Assembly: GCA_030704615.1 (NCBI GenBank)
Contig: CM060731.1
Location: 73,160,001 to 73,224,000, forward strand
Reading direction: 5' to 3'
DNA length: 64,000 nt
From: Takakia lepidozioides
Lineage: Eukaryota > Plantae > Bryophyta
In this document: in pieces, positions 61,258-64,000 of the stretch
How the letters are laid out: each line of letters opens with the position of its first letter
How positions within the stretch are numbered: position 1 is the first letter of the stretch
Made by a program: the position numbers and the translations under genes
The notes under the pieces: generated by a model
Databases searched by the model: none
The model's input: only the letters and a program-made list of their open reading frames with translations
Told to the model about the DNA's origin: nothing

Positions 61258-64000
61258 TGTCATAAATATGAAGGGTAGACATCACACCAAGTTGGTCCAT
61301 AAGTGGGGTGGGCTTCCAATGCTGAACTTCAGTAAGTGGCCCCTTCTTGTGGGTTCTCCCCAGCCCCACTTCACTGCGCCAGCTCTAGAGAAAAGGAGAG
61401 GTACCATATACTGGTCGGAGCTATTTAGGTCTTTGGCCCCAAGGCTGCGGAAAAACAGCACACATCAGTTCAACCCCATCTCTCTCCAAAGCACCAGCTA
61501 GACCTGTGTCGTGCACCTAAGCATCGTGCCACAACATACATCGTTGTCCACCACACAATCTAAGCACACAATCCTAGAAAGCTATACCACAATAAATAAG
61601 AGATGAGAAATGAGAGAAGTAGAAGACAATGAAAGCTCTCAAAGCATGAAGCAATCACATGAAGAACAAGCCCTAGTCCTTCCAAGTGAAATCCACTCTA
61701 TCACATAAACTAAGTCAAGCCAAGGGCACCTTTGCTAAAGGAATCCACCCTACAAAGCCCTCAACACACTCCCTCTCAATACCTAGAGCTATGGAGGTGA
61801 GAGAAGCTCATGGAGGCTCAACTACAAGAAGATGAGCCTCCTCAACACTCACAAGGGGAAAACCTATCTCCATGTCTCAAGTGAGGCTCGACACCTCACT
61901 TGGCATGTGAGACCAAATGAAGTTCCAACACACAAAATATAAATATAAATATCTAAAATGTCCTAGTTAACTAGCAGTAGGTAATTCTAGATAACCATGA
62001 CTAAAACCATGACAGCTGTCGTGCACCTAAGCATCGTGCCACAACATACATCACTGTCCACCACACAATCTAAGCACACAATCCTAGAAAGCTATACCAC
62101 AATCGCCCCCCTAGCTGGTGGTTAGGTCCCTCTAACTCCAGATAGCTACAAGATGTAATAGCCACAGCCGTACTAAGTCCTCTATCACTGTCCCTATTGT
62201 ACTCAAACTCTATAGACCAAGAGGCCGGGTACAAGAGCAACCCCATCGTTAGTTGCCGTCTTGCAATCTGTGAACTTGAGTCAGGATCTCGTGTGTTGGT
62301 CTCCTAGTAGCTTGGCCTTGCATTTCTTGTTAGCCTCCATGGTTGTATCCACTCCCACTATCCAATGCAATGCGGACATAACCAATCCCCATCATGAACC
62401 ATCTCAAGAGGTGGAGTCAAGCATCCCATATGCCAACCTCTAGAGCATTGATCACACACCAGCATGGTGGCTGCCCCTCTAGCAGACCCACACAACATGC
62501 ACCTTAAACTTGCAGGTACCACTGCCAGGTTTGGGTCAACCCTTTCATCAACATTTGGAAGGTGACATGGCGCGCAATTACGCACATGGTCCTTCCAAAT
62601 CATGCCATCCCGACCCTCCAAGATCAGGACTCCTGAGGGCAACACCTCTCGAACCCTCAAAATAGTACGTCATGCAGTCACATCCAAGGTCGTAGGAGGA
62701 GTCTACTGCAGATAAACATAGTCACCAGGGTTGAATCTTCGAACCCCAGGATGATAGCCCCCACCACGTATGGTAGCATACCTCAACGTATCACGATGTT
62801 GTGCAATGGCAAGGTTCTCGAAAGCCATGGGCATGACTTTCTTGAACAACTCTACACGCTGCTCATATACACGTGCCCACACGTCCGGATCGTCAAGGTT
62901 AAGAACTGTAGCAGCTTCTCTGCGAATGGATGTAGGCAAATCCGGCTCTCGGCCAAAGAGAAGAAAATATGGTGAGAAGGAGGCAAGTGATGCTTGCTTG
63001 CTGAACCTGTAGCCCATAGCTAACCAGGGTAACTGAAGGTCCAAATCTCCTAGGTGTCCCTTCTGCAAGCCATACTTGCGCAAACCCCTCTTTAATGTGT
63101 GAACAACTCTCTTTGCCAAGCCATCGGCCTCAGGATGATCCCGAGAAGTGGTGCGGTGGTCTATCAAGGCCTTGTCATACAAAGCCTGAAACTTCCCCAA
63201 GAACTTTCTCCCTTGGTCCGTGAGTACCTCAGCTGGAGCACCGAATCGGCTAAGCACACAATCCAATAATGTTTACGCAGCTCCCTCACTAGCCTTATCA
63301 GGCAATGGAACCAATTCAATCCACTTGGAGAAGTGCTCCACCATCACCAACACGTATTTGTTGTGGCGCATGGTCAGTGGCAACGGCCTTGCGAAGTCAA
63401 GACTTCACCTGTAGCCCAATCCCATGATCGGAAGAGGGTGCAATTGTGGAGTAGGGGCGTTGAATGAAGCACGCACCCTGTCACACACCATGCACCTAGC
63501 CACAAATTGTTGCACCTCTGTGTGCATACCACGCCACCAATACTGCCCCTGCAGTAGACTATGAGTGCGTCGCACCCCAAAATGCCCCAACTCCTGATGG
63601 GCATGCCGCACTAACCGTGCCCGCTGTGTTGGGTGAGGCACAATCCTCACTCGACCATCCTCCCACACTTGGAGCAGGTGTGTCCCCTCCCACTTGAACC
63701 TCTTGGCTCGTTGTAGGATCCGATCCCTCTCCTTGGCAATCACAGTGGCTGCAGTGTCTCCAGTGCGCCGTACTCTGCGCTGCTCAGCCATAGCCAAGCT
63801 GATAATCCAGGTCAAGCAATTGAGATCCATTGCTTGCCCCAACACCTGACGACGTGATGTATCAAAAAAGATGGCACCGCCGTGGTACCTGTGGTAAAAC
63901 CCATCGCCCGCTCGCGCTCGTCAGCATTGGGCTCCACTAATTGTTGCAACTGGCTATCCCACAAGAGGCCAGGTCCACCATCCCGAAAAGCATGGGATCC
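61258..64000 (-). mobile_element. Ty3/Gypsy LTR retrotransposon 3' part: integrase (HHCC plus core), PHD finger, PPT and 3' LTR; degenerate and running off the window
   Basis: HQELGHFG...YWWRGM...CMVC; RFGAPAEVLTDQG...HPEADGLAKR; PHD at about 62360-62500; purine tract (minus AGGGGGGCGAT, 62102-62112) before TGTGG at 62101; left LTR end at about 61258 is tentative; 86-bp internal direct repeat at 61508-61592 and 62018-62103. Confidence 0.9.

Overview
This is eukaryotic nuclear DNA with GT-AG introns, most likely from a non-seed land plant (bryophyte-like; inferred from gene and transposon types). Intact or near-intact host genes: an atypical NAD(P)-binding SDR (minus strand, 6 exons), an intronless bacterial-type SnoaL/NTF2 gene with a frameshifted duplicate, a membrane-anchored DnaJ, plastid phosphoglycolate phosphatase, an R3H/SUZ RNA-binding protein, an Alfin-like PHD protein and plastid MsrA. 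There is also a 5'-incomplete MpaB/DUF2236-like oxygenase and PPR pseudogene fragments. Mobile DNA is abundant: a LINE family sitting in (CT)n tracts (five copies, one with a 14-bp TSD), foldback Copia remnants with a half-tRNA-Met PBS, a Dualen-like LINE (RNase H + CCHC + restriction-like endonuclease), two tRNA-derived SINEs, a 2.1-kb TSD-flanked insertion splitting a Gypsy protease, and a Gypsy element with a PHD finger behind its integrase. The most unusual block is about 29.4-38.8 kb. It holds a CACTA transposase remnant, an array of palindromic units, paired satellite modules, and intronless decayed ORFs for a protein kinase and a RING-H2 protein ending in a SIM-like motif. I read it as a candidate cargo-carrying transposon with a possible anti-silencing module, but that is a hypothesis. 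All calls were made by eye with no database searches; repeat boundaries are approximate.
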